Part shown: one piece after another, positions 55,745 through 64,000 of the stretch
How positions within the stretch are numbered: position 1 is the first letter of the stretch
Layout of the letters: each line of letters begins with the position of its first letter
NCBI GenBank assembly: GCA_002269645.1
Contig: NIVC01003945.1
Span: 1 to 64,000 of the forward strand
Reading direction: 5' to 3'
DNA from: Macrostomum lignano
Taxonomy: Eukaryota
Length of the DNA stretch: 64,000 nt
Made by a program: the position numbers and the translations under genes
Notes under the pieces: model-generated
Told to the model about the DNA's origin: nothing
The model's database searches: none
The model's input: the letters and a program-made list of their open reading frames with translations, nothing else

Positions 55745-55955
55745 TGAAGCATCAAGGCAGGGGGTAGCGGGATCTACTGAAGCATTAGGGCAGGGGGTAG
55801 CGGGATCTAATGAAGCATCAAGGCAGGGGGTAGCGGGATCTAATGAAGCATCAAGGCAGGGAGTAGAGGGTAGCGGGATCTAATGAAGCATCAAGGCAGG
55901 GGTAGCGGGATCTACTGAAGCATCAAGACAGGGAATAGCGGGATCTACTGAAGCA
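55745..55955 (+). repeat. 33-bp tandem repeat x~6
   Basis: tgaagcatcaaggcagggggtagcgggatcta. Confidence 0.93.
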
Positions 55956-56167
55956 ACATTAGGTGTTGCTCGTACTCACTAAACCTCAAAAATTGCTTTG
56001 GTCCACTGCGGTTATAAAATCCAGCTTTCGTTGAATACTACTGAAAGTAGAGAAGCAAGAACACGTCAATGTGTTTAGAAAAATTCCAAAACATTTTTTT
56101 ATGAACGAAAATCAAAACTAATTTGGGTTTTGGTATATTTACAAAAAATCTTTCAGACGTTCTCAAA

Positions 56168-56350
56168 TGCGCAGCTCACTGGTCTACAGTGACGCTCTGG
56201 TGTGTCAGTGGCCCGGGCTCGATTCCAAGTGCAGTCGCATTAATTTGGGGCTAGATTGGAATCCCCAGAGTGGCTCTGCTCGTGCAGTTAACGGCCTTGA
56301 AGGCCAACCTTCCAAGGCGCAGTGAAGTGTACATGCCTAACGATAAATAA
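56168..56350 (+). mobile_element. tRNA-derived SINE, copy 2
   Basis: GGCTCGATTCCAAGTGCAG...AAGGCGCAGTGAAGTGTACATGCCTAACGATAA shared with 6742-6926 in the opposite orientation. Confidence 0.8.
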
Positions 56351-56676
56351 GGTTACCGTAGGGACGCTGTACACTCCTTCGTAAGTCGGTGGAATGGGCG
56401 GAATGGGCAGTAATGCCTCTCGCCGGTTGTTTGACAAGTTGCTTAAAGTGCTCAAGGGTGCACACAGCCCATTTCTCGAACTAAACAGGTGTTCTCAAGT
56501 TATCAATTCTTTCCATGAGTTAATCAAATATCAAAGACGGATTAGTGTTATTAAAACATTATTCGAAACAACAACTCTGTACAGAAAGCGAACTGATTAA
56601 AAGTGGCACAGAAAAATAAAAGCAAAGGTAAGAAATTGCGTTAAATTCTTTAAGCAAGCGGGAGCCCGCACTGAGC

Positions 56677-56912
56677 TCAGGCATCCAGCAGGTTAATAAG
56701 CGGCAGCTTGTTGAAGTCGCATCCGTGATCTCGGCTGTCGTAGAATTTCACCAGCTCGGAGTCGCACTCCGGCTGGGGGTGTCCGGCGTCCAGGACGGCC
56801 AGGCACTCGTAGCTTTGCGGCGCTGCAGTTCGGGGCTGGCCGATGGCTGCGATGGTCTTTTGCACCAACTGGTGCTGGTCGACCTGGCGGGGCGGCGGTC
56901 GGGTTGAATATC
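56677..56912 (-). CDS. Probable terminal exon of an unidentified host gene
   Basis: GC3-rich open frame GYSTRPPPRQVDQHQLVQKTIAAIG...LPLINLLDA*, candidate acceptor ccccaag| at 56913, satellite-filled upstream region like other introns in this window. Confidence 0.5.
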
Positions 56913-56921
56913 CTTGGGGTT

Positions 56922-57495
56922 GCTTTGTTTGGGCATCTATGACTGCTTTGATAGGGTGTCTATGGCTGCTTTGATAGGGTGTCTATGACTGCTTTGATTG
57001 GGTGTCCTTGGCTGCATTGATTGGGTGTCTATGGCTGCTTTGATTGGGTGTCCTTGGCTGCTTTGATTGGGTGTCCTTGGCTGCATTGATTGGGTGTCTA
57101 TGGCTGCTTTGATTGGGTGTCCTTGGCTGCTTTGATTGGGTGTCTATGGCTGCTTTGATTGGGTGTTTTGACTGCTTTTTTTAAATGTCCCTGGCTGCTT
57201 TGATTGGGTGTCCTTAGCTGCTTTGTTTGGGTGTCTATGGCTGCTTTGATTGGGCGTCTATGGCTGCTTTGATTGGGTGTCCTTGGCTGCTTTGATTGGG
57301 TGTCCTTGGCTGCTTTGATTTGATTGGGTGTCCTTGGCTGCTTTGATTGGGTGTCCTTAGCTGCTTTGATTGGGTGTCCTTGGCTGCTTTGATAAGGTGT
57401 CCTTGGCTGCTTTGATAAGGTGTCCTTGGCTGCTTTGATTGGGTGTCTATGGCTGTTTTGTTTGGGTGTCCTTAGCTGCTTTGTTTGGGCATCTA
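56922..57495 (+). repeat. 23-bp minisatellite
   Basis: ggctgctttgattgggtgtcctt. Confidence 0.96.
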
Positions 57496-57534
57496 AGTAG
57501 AAGGCATGAGGGGGCTTTTGGGACAAAATTTTTC

Positions 57535-57835
57535 ACATCCTCCATAATCCCATTAAATCCATCCATATTATCCCTGACAGAATCAGAAAAAAAGGGGGGT
57601 CGCACTCGCTCACAAAACATCCTCCATAATCCACCTAAATCCATCCATATTATCCCTGACAGAATCAGAAAAAAGGGGGGTCGCACTCGCTCACAAAACG
57701 TCCTCCATAATCCACCTAAATCCATCCATATTATCCCTGACAGAATCATGAAAAAGGGGAGGGGCCGCACTTGCTCCGAAAACTTCGAACATAATCCTAT
57801 TAAATCCATCCATATTATCCCTGACAGAATCAGAG
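57535..57835 (+). repeat. ~82-bp tandem repeat x4 near the left end of the viral element
   Basis: atccatattatccctgacagaatc at 57561, 57643, 57724 and 57808. Confidence 0.92.
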
Positions 57836-58039
57836 CAGGTGTCCACTGATACCCGTTATGCTCACTGACACAGACATCATCCACTGACATCCACCCATAG
57901 CATCTTCGAAACAATCAGAAAATAATCTGCATTCTTATCCCCACATTCAATTCGCAACATGAAACCAGATCCCTAAAACTTTAAATCATCAGCGCAGGGT
58001 CCTTACCCTTTGAAAAAAAGTAATAAATTCTCAATAAAA

Positions 58040-58279
58040 ATGTTTCCAGTTGTCTCTCCAGGTTCTTATTACAAAGCGCACGAGCCTAATTACAAGAGTA
58101 AGTACCGATGCAAACTTGAATGCAGCGAATACATGAGAAAATATTGGCCCGACGTTCAAATCAATGTCCCTAATATTAATCTAGCTCTCCAAAGACATTG
58201 GTTTCATAAGTATGGAGTAACCTATGTAAAAGATTATGACAGCTACTATAACTTTGCAGAAATCATTAGGCAATTGTGA
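58040..58279 (+). CDS. Viral hypothetical protein, 79 aa, Tyr/Trp-rich
   Basis: ATG at 58040 in TAAAAATG context; tail-to-tail with the minor capsid gene (4-bp gap). Confidence 0.6.
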   Translation: MFPVVSPGSYYKAHEPNYKSKYRCKLECSEYMRKYWPDVQINVPNINLALQRHWFHKYGVTYVKDYDSYYNFAEIIRQL

Positions 58280-58283
58280 TTTC

Positions 58284-59147
58284 TCACATTCTCTCAATGA
58301 TTAACGTCAATACAAACTCTTCCCCATTAAAATCAACGCCCATCCCATCTTCAGTCTCAAACTGTAGCACAATCTCGTGAATCTCCTTATTACTCAATAC
58401 AACTCTTTTCACTGGATTTGGTTTCTCTACCACCATCTGTCCTCCAGCTACAGAGTTGGAGATGTTGTACAAAATATTCGTTCGCTTTCCCTTAAATACC
58501 CAATCAAGACTGAGATTAGTTCTGATTAGAATATTCAAACCCTTTACAATGTCTGCTATATTGGGTGCTAAGAACAAACCGCGTACACTTTCCCGGGCCA
58601 TGATAACAGCCCCCGTCGCTTGAGTGACAGTCCGCGCTGTGGATTCTGCCTTATAAACTTTCTTCACGAATCCCAATTCCCTATACCAAGTGTCATCTTT
58701 AAACTCAACCTCCGCATCTTTGTGAACTTGCATGACCACTCTCATTACAGTGAGATCATAGGTTAGTTTAACAGGGAACAGTTTCTTCTCTGGCTTACTC
58801 ATATCAGGTGTCTCAAAATGGCCTCTTTTAGTAAAGACGTTTTCTAGAAAGTAATTGTAGGTATCCACACTTTGCGTGCTCACAGGGAATACCACAGGTT
58901 CTGCTGCTGCACCTTTCCATTTGTAATAAAACTTATTATTTGCTGCCGTCACATTGGGAACGTTTGACCAACCAGTGAAGTCGTTAAGATAGACATGGTA
59001 ATTAGCACCTGGATCCAGGCGAATCGCCTGCTCTAATTTTTGAATAAATATCCCGTTTGAGTCATTAATTCGCCCAGTTATTGTAATAGGAATGCTCTCC
59101 TTGGAGTGCGAAATAATATTATTTAGTCTTTCAGCAATCGCTTCCAT
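58284..59147 (-). CDS. Minor capsid protein (penton, single jelly roll), 287 aa
   Basis: C-terminal IHEIVLQFETEDGMGVDFNGEEFVLTLII typical of Polinton/PLV pentons; directly downstream of the MCP gene; ATG at 59147 (the track starts at GTG 59156). Confidence 0.8.
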   Translation of the reverse strand: MEAIAERLNNIISHSKESIPITITGRINDSNGIFIQKLEQAIRLDPGANYHVYLNDFTGWSNVPNVTAANNKFYYKWKGAAAEPVVFPVSTQSVDTYNYFLENVFTKRGHFETPDMSKPEKKLFPVKLTYDLTVMRVVMQVHKDAEVEFKDDTWYRELGFVKKVYKAESTARTVTQATGAVIMARESVRGLFLAPNIADIVKGLNILIRTNLSLDWVFKGKRTNILYNISNSVAGGQMVVEKPNPVKRVVLSNKEIHEIVLQFETEDGMGVDFNGEEFVLTLIIERM

Positions 59148-59168
59148 TTTTTTCACATAAAAAAATAT

Positions 59169-60455
59169 TTAAACTTTACTGGATGAATTGTTGATCATGT
59201 TAAGCTTCACCTTCCTCTCAAATGCATAGATAATGTACAAGTCCACAGGTGTTGCGACAGTCCTCTCAATGTTAGTCACGATATTCACAGGGCTGTTATC
59301 AGTAGGCATTTGTCTGGCAGACACATCAGCGCCAAACATTGGATATAGAGTTCCATATTGAAGAGCAGTGATAGCAATTCCATTGTTCTCTTTCACAGCC
59401 AAGTCGACCAACTCGCTATAAAATTTGCTAATCTTGTTCTGACTGAAATCTCCATTTTGTGGCAGTGCAGGGTAAAGATTATCACTGATTTCATGCTGAA
59501 TGGACCGCACGTCACCATGCATGTAGCGTATAATGCTATTTGGGTTTCTCATATTAATAATGATATACCTTGGATTGCTGCATGATCCCTCTTTAATGCA
59601 GATGTTTGTTCTAGTTTCGTTTCGCTCATCTAGACACATGTAGGCTGTGTATGCAACATCAATGTCCTTCTCTATTGCCTTAAGATAGTCTGCTTTTAGT
59701 GCAGTCTTTGGCTCAATGACTTCCAAATACAGCTCGATTCCGGTTAGCTTCACCTCCATCCTTGTGTGGTCCGCCCCAGTCCACAACACTCTACTGCGAT
59801 CATCTCTAGTCATCTTAAAAGTGTAGCTAAAGTTACTAGTCAGTCGATTAAATGTACTACAAAATCCACTCATGAATCTCAGTGGTACAAATACATCAAC
59901 AGACCGATACAGCGGGTTTTTAGCAGCATCATCAGCACCTTGCAATGCATAGTTGTATCTCTTCTTCCTCTTTTTATAGCCACTGTCATTGGTGTCTCCT
60001 TCTTTTTCATCTGCGATAAAACCCGCACCACTTCCCAACTGAATAAAATCAGGATTCTCGATCAAACAATGAGCGTCATAGACAATTCCAAAGTTGGCGA
60101 TTCGCTCCAACTCAGTGCTCCCATTCGATACACTAAACTCCTTGAACATGTACGCCCAAAAGTTACTGATCAGAGCCACATCCGCATCATGCTTGTCAAC
60201 GTTAGCACGAGCCGCATCCGCACCACCCTTTGTCTTGAATTGAAATGTCATATGGAAGCCGCTCTTAAGACTGTGCACACTAACCAAAGACGAACATCCA
60301 TTGTATGTAAATGTCAGTGTTTGGCCAGGACCAAGATTAGTTTCATTCTGATTTTCCTGACTGGGAACTCTTACCTGAGTCACTTTGATTGTGCTATCAT
60401 CACTCAAAATAGGCTTGTTAATTTTGTAGAAAACTGGTGTCAGTGGGTCGTTCAT
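59169..60455 (-). CDS. Major capsid protein (double jelly roll, Polinton PY/hexon-like), 428 aa
   Basis: DDSTI, N.WAYMF, VPLRFMSGFCSTF, PRYIII, YP...NGDFSQNK.SKFY, YGTLYPMFGADVS match Polinton/adintovirus MCP conserved blocks; uninterrupted ORF. Confidence 0.9.
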   Translation of the reverse strand: MNDPLTPVFYKINKPILSDDSTIKVTQVRVPSQENQNETNLGPGQTLTFTYNGCSSLVSVHSLKSGFHMTFQFKTKGGADAARANVDKHDADVALISNFWAYMFKEFSVSNGSTELERIANFGIVYDAHCLIENPDFIQLGSGAGFIADEKEGDTNDSGYKKRKKRYNYALQGADDAAKNPLYRSVDVFVPLRFMSGFCSTFNRLTSNFSYTFKMTRDDRSRVLWTGADHTRMEVKLTGIELYLEVIEPKTALKADYLKAIEKDIDVAYTAYMCLDERNETRTNICIKEGSCSNPRYIIINMRNPNSIIRYMHGDVRSIQHEISDNLYPALPQNGDFSQNKISKFYSELVDLAVKENNGIAITALQYGTLYPMFGADVSARQMPTDNSPVNIVTNIERTVATPVDLYIIYAFERKVKLNMINNSSSKV

Positions 60456-60485
60456 TTTTTAACTAAAAATAAAATAAAATAAGAA

Positions 60486-61130
60486 ATGAAGCGAAAAAGT
60501 ACACAGCAGATATCTGAATTGGAGAAGCTAGCACAAGCAGAGAAACGAGTTACCGGGCTAATAAATAAGGAGCAACAATCCTACAATGAGTTTGTCCAAG
60601 CAGCCACCGAATTTCACAAACCCGGATACACAGAAGCGAAGAAAAACCTCGACACTGTGAAGGAAGCAGTTGATGATATTCAAGAGAGCCACTTGCAAAA
60701 CACATTGGGTAAAATCCCATCTTCACCAGGACAACCACAGGCTCAGGAACCAGGACAACCGGTGCAGATGAAAGTGACGGATAACTTTTTTGGCCCCGTA
60801 GTGGATGATGGAAAATATATTTTTGGAATTAGCGCCTGGCGAAAAAATATTACCGGGGAACCGGCGGATTACAACATTGAAGTGACAAAGGAAAACATTT
60901 CAATCAATAAAGGCGCAAAAACTAAAAGAATCCAGTTCACTCAAACTTTACTTGATTACATGACTAAAAATCTAGAGAATACGTCTAAAAAGCAGCTCAA
61001 AAATTACAAAGATCTTGTTACCTTTGCTCTCGATAGGGATATAGATATGCTCAAGAACAACGGTGTTTTGAAAATTTTACATGAAAACGGGATTGTCTTG
61101 AACAGATTTAAAAAAATACAAATACTTTAA
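60486..61130 (+). CDS. Conserved Polinton protein (PZ-like), N-terminal part
   Basis: FTQTLLDYMTKNLE...QLKNYKDLV resembles the GTxGLWELL..K.P...DL..YK.IL block; probably continuous with 61144-61671 via a +1 shift. Confidence 0.6.
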   Translation: MKRKSTQQISELEKLAQAEKRVTGLINKEQQSYNEFVQAATEFHKPGYTEAKKNLDTVKEAVDDIQESHLQNTLGKIPSSPGQPQAQEPGQPVQMKVTDNFFGPVVDDGKYIFGISAWRKNITGEPADYNIEVTKENISINKGAKTKRIQFTQTLLDYMTKNLENTSKKQLKNYKDLVTFALDRDIDMLKNNGVLKILHENGIVLNRFKKIQIL

Positions 61131-61143
61131 ACAATGGTTTGGT

Positions 61144-61671
61144 TTGCCGGATCAGGAAGAGGTCATAAGACAACAACCACAACAACAACAGCAACAACAG
61201 CAACCGCCACAACAGCAGCAACATTTCACAGAAGAACAAGTACTCAGGCAACTGGAAAATGCAGATCCGACTCAAGTAGCTAAATATAATAATGATCACC
61301 CAACAGACTGGCAACACTTAGAACAACACTCTCCAGATCGAATGAACAGAATCAAGCAAAGAGTTTTCACACCTCAACAAAGACAGGCGCCACATGACAG
61401 TTCCATCTCTGAAAGTGAGCAGTCTTTTGGATCACCTCCCCAGCAGCCACAAGCCCAACCAACTCCACAACCCCAAGACCAACCACCCAAATCTGGAAAA
61501 GGAATAGCTGAAATCTACAAGCGAGTAGCGGTTCTTCTAGGAGCGGCAAAGACCGGAATGAAAGACGAGAATAGAAAAGAATTTGTCAACATCCTGGACA
61601 AAATGCTTGAGAGAAAATACATCGATAAGAGGGCGAGAGAGCTTCTGCTTTCGCGGTTCAACAAAAAATAA
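61144..61671 (+). CDS. Conserved Polinton protein (PZ-like), C-terminal part with Gln-rich linker
   Basis: GKGIAEIYKRVAVLLGAAKTGMKDENRKEFVNILDKMLE resembles the RL.LL.AS..AGN...NEI..IL..L motif; no ATG of its own (TTG start). Confidence 0.65.
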   Translation: MPDQEEVIRQQPQQQQQQQQPPQQQQHFTEEQVLRQLENADPTQVAKYNNDHPTDWQHLEQHSPDRMNRIKQRVFTPQQRQAPHDSSISESEQSFGSPPQQPQAQPTPQPQDQPPKSGKGIAEIYKRVAVLLGAAKTGMKDENRKEFVNILDKMLERKYIDKRARELLLSRFNKK

Positions 61672-61687
61672 CTTATTTCAAGTAAAA

Positions 61688-62077
61688 ATGCCACTTATTT
61701 TCGAAAAAGACATTGACAAATACTATGACAAAGAGGAACTTAATCTTATTAAACGCGGATCTGGACTTTTCCCTGCAGGCCACTATCCAAGAAAAGAGCG
61801 CTCCGGGAATGGCCTTGCCGATTTGATCGCTCAGGGGGCTAAGATTTTTAAGGTCATTGGAGAGAACAAAGAGAACATCAAGAACGTTGCCGAAGCGGCT
61901 GGCAGTGTAGCCACAGCAGCCAAAAAGATAAAGGATACTGTAACACCTAAACAAGAGATTCAACCTCCACTGGCCCCGCTGGCTCCGCTGGCCCCAAATC
62001 CAGACATTGTGGACCCTGCAGTCTATGAGAAGATGAGAGCTAGCATTAAAAAAGGAAGTGGTTTCAAATTTGACTAA
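61688..62077 (+). CDS. Probable virion core/membrane-active protein, 129 aa
   Basis: KRGSGLF, RSGNGLADLIAQGAKIFK (amphipathic), PPLAPLAPLAP, KKGSGFKFD; ATG at 61688 in AAAAATG context. Confidence 0.6.
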   Translation: MPLIFEKDIDKYYDKEELNLIKRGSGLFPAGHYPRKERSGNGLADLIAQGAKIFKVIGENKENIKNVAEAAGSVATAAKKIKDTVTPKQEIQPPLAPLAPLAPNPDIVDPAVYEKMRASIKKGSGFKFD

Positions 62078-62117
62078 AGGGTACTTTCCGAGGGTACAAG
62101 AAATGTAAAGGTACAAG

Positions 62118-62238
62118 ACTAGTCCCAAAATGACATACCTAAGTCCCAAAATGACACATCTAAGTCCCAAAATAACACATCTAAGTCCCAAAATGACACA
62201 TCTAAGTCCCAAAATGACACATCTAAGTCCCAAAATTG
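62118..62238 (+). repeat. 21-bp tandem repeat x~5.5 between convergent viral genes
   Basis: agtcccaaaatgacacatcta at a 21-bp period. Confidence 0.95.
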
Positions 62239-62325
62239 ACAACTCTTTGGTGGTGGTTAGATTTGTTTTACGTTTGATTGTTTCGTCTGCAGTTGGCGCC
62301 AGCAGGTCTCTTCGAATCTACCTAT

Positions 62326-63132
62326 TTATTTGTCTATGCGCTCCATTCTACACTTGATCTCAAACAAACCGGTTGGCTCACGAAATTTTGGGTTAGTGGT
62401 CAAACTGGTTGGCTCACGAAATTCGTGGTCAGTGGTCAAGTCGGTTGGATCACTTATTTCCCTTGTGGTCTGTGGTGCCTCTTCAACAGTATCAATATCA
62501 GGAAGATTGTGTACTCCCTCAAGACGACTGATTCTTCTCAACGATTTCTGCCATTCGGTAAAAATTAAATCTAAATAGACTTTAATTGCATCAAGTCTTT
62601 CTTTAATTCTATCATGCAACGATGTTGACTGAGTCATGAACTCTTCTAAATTCCTCACTTTACCTGTGTTGGTTGCGACGTTTTCTTTAATTCTATCATG
62701 CAACACTGTTGACTGGTTCATGAACTCTTCTAAATTATTTACTTTAGCTGTGTTTGTGAAAACTCCTCCTTCAAGAATACGCATCCGTCTATCAGTGGAA
62801 TTTCCCAGAAGATTAACTGATGATCTCAAGCCGTTGATTAGCGAGACTATCGAAGTTATTTCTGACCTTAGTTCATTAGTTGCGTTTGACAACGGCACAA
62901 AAAGCTCATCACTTTCAAACTTCTGCCTAGCTACTTTAAGCCTGAGATCTTCCATGTTTATCTGTAGCTGGTGCATGGAGCGCTCTAGTAGGGCTTTCAG
63001 TCTGTTTTTATTCAGTTTGATCTCTGGGATCTCTTCGTCGCTGTTGATATATCGCCTGTCAAGGATGGATATTTGAGCTGATGTAAGAGCGCTGTTGCCA
63101 GAAATGGATTCACCTGCAAAATTAATAGACAT
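62326..63132 (-). CDS. Viral coiled-coil protein (possible fibre/stalk), 268 aa
   Basis: Heptad-rich; internal ~28-aa duplication (TNTAKVNNLEEFMNQSTVLHDRIKE / TNTGKVRNLEEFMTQSTSLHDRIKE); C-terminal 12-aa repeats. Confidence 0.7.
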   Translation of the reverse strand: MSINFAGESISGNSALTSAQISILDRRYINSDEEIPEIKLNKNRLKALLERSMHQLQINMEDLRLKVARQKFESDELFVPLSNATNELRSEITSIVSLINGLRSSVNLLGNSTDRRMRILEGGVFTNTAKVNNLEEFMNQSTVLHDRIKENVATNTGKVRNLEEFMTQSTSLHDRIKERLDAIKVYLDLIFTEWQKSLRRISRLEGVHNLPDIDTVEEAPQTTREISDPTDLTTDHEFREPTSLTTNPKFREPTGLFEIKCRMERIDK

Positions 63133-63148
63133 CTTTTAATAGCAAATT

Positions 63149-63949
63149 TTAAATTACAGTTCTTTTTTCTTTGCTGATAATCTCAAACTGGTAAGGCTGA
63201 TTCCACTTGTCATAGCAAAGATTAACGAATTCCTCCTGTGAAATCTTTCTGTTTGAGTTTTTTGTTGGATTTATGAAATAGGCAGGCGCAATGAACTCAT
63301 TGTAAAATCTTTTTAACCTGTCCTGTGGAATGGTTGGAAACAGGAGAATCAGATTGCAGTTCCCGCAAATTGTTTTGTTCGGGAGCTCGAACCAGTTCTG
63401 TGCAATGTAAATTACATTACAATTGTTATGTCGCCCTCTTGTAAAATAGTTTTCTATCTGCTTCTGTGGGCCTGTCATACAATCATCAAAGACGATCAAA
63501 TGCTTTCTCCCTTTTTCTAGCTCATCTGGATGGGGTAGAAGTTTGGTCTTTGGATCCACCTGCGGATCTCCATAGGAGAACACTTTAATGTTCTGCCATT
63601 TTTCATTGTCTTTGAGGTGCTTTGCATATTCGGCAGCTACAATTTCTGGGTTACTGGGAAGGCTCATTTGGTTATTAAAACATTGAATAATGTCCTCTTT
63701 GTTCAGTTTGTTTTGCAATCCAGAAATCAGCATTCTATACTCATCTTGATACAGTGTGGGAGAGTAGATGTGCAGAGTGTCATAGTCGATGAAGCCAGGT
63801 CTAAGAAGCATGTTAAAGACTCTGAATGTTTTACCTGAACCTGATGAACCAACAACAATGCATCTGAAGTGACTCGGGATTGACTCATGATGAGAAAACT
63901 TAATCTGATTACGCGTCCAGTGAGGATTGAAGTCCTTTGAAAAGTCCAT
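63149..63949 (-). CDS. A32/FtsK-like DNA-packaging ATPase, 266 aa
   Basis: Walker A GSSGSGKT, Walker B LIVFDD, TRGRHNNCNVIYIAQNWFELP signature of Polinton/NCLDV packaging ATPases. Confidence 0.95.
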   Translation of the reverse strand: MDFSKDFNPHWTRNQIKFSHHESIPSHFRCIVVGSSGSGKTFRVFNMLLRPGFIDYDTLHIYSPTLYQDEYRMLISGLQNKLNKEDIIQCFNNQMSLPSNPEIVAAEYAKHLKDNEKWQNIKVFSYGDPQVDPKTKLLPHPDELEKGRKHLIVFDDCMTGPQKQIENYFTRGRHNNCNVIYIAQNWFELPNKTICGNCNLILLFPTIPQDRLKRFYNEFIAPAYFINPTKNSNRKISQEEFVNLCYDKWNQPYQFEIISKEKRTVI

Positions 63950-64000
63950 TTTTTCTATGATGAAAAAAAATTTTTTTTTAATAATAAAACATTTAGAAGA

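Larger units (their letters stand above)
57496..64000. mobile_element. Endogenous Polinton-like/adintovirus-type virus, morphogenetic module (continues past the window end)
   Basis: Abrupt switch to AT-rich, intronless, tightly packed ORFs including double and single jelly-roll capsid-like proteins and a packaging ATPase. Confidence 0.9.

Noticed and set aside
59766-60482. 238-aa plus-strand ORF overlapping the MCP gene
   Set aside because: An antisense shadow of the capsid gene with a non-ATG start and no recognisable motifs.

Overview
Eukaryotic (animal) genomic DNA with GT-AG spliced genes, GC-rich exons and introns packed with minisatellites. The style suggests a free-living flatworm such as Macrostomum, but that is an inference. 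From left to right: (1) a decayed Polinton/Maverick relic (frameshifted dUTPase and protein-primed PolB, about 0.3-3.5 kb), then a degenerate short-intron gene and a tRNA-derived SINE; (2) an inverted copy of the first exon of the downstream cadherin gene, with a Harbinger transposase relic between the two copies; (3) a cadherin-mucin membrane-protein gene of about 12 exons (9.8-26.3 kb), one intron of which holds a piggyBac-like element carrying a young TRIM-like LTR element, a LINE endonuclease fragment and a 76-bp satellite; (4) a single-exon class A GPCR, an OS-9/ERLEC1-like MRH-domain gene, an LZTS/Fez1-like gene and a KLF gene; (5) from about 57.5 kb to the window end, a nearly intact endogenous Polinton-like/adintovirus-type virus module (minor and major capsid proteins, split PZ-like gene, probable core protein, coiled-coil protein, packaging ATPase), which is the most notable feature. 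Most long ORFs in the ORF track at 14.7, 26.6-27.8, 41.8, 48.8-52 and 53.7-54.6 kb are tandem-repeat artefacts. No prokaryotic operons, rRNA, intact tRNA or CRISPR array were recognised. All protein assignments come from motif recognition by eye and were not database-verified.
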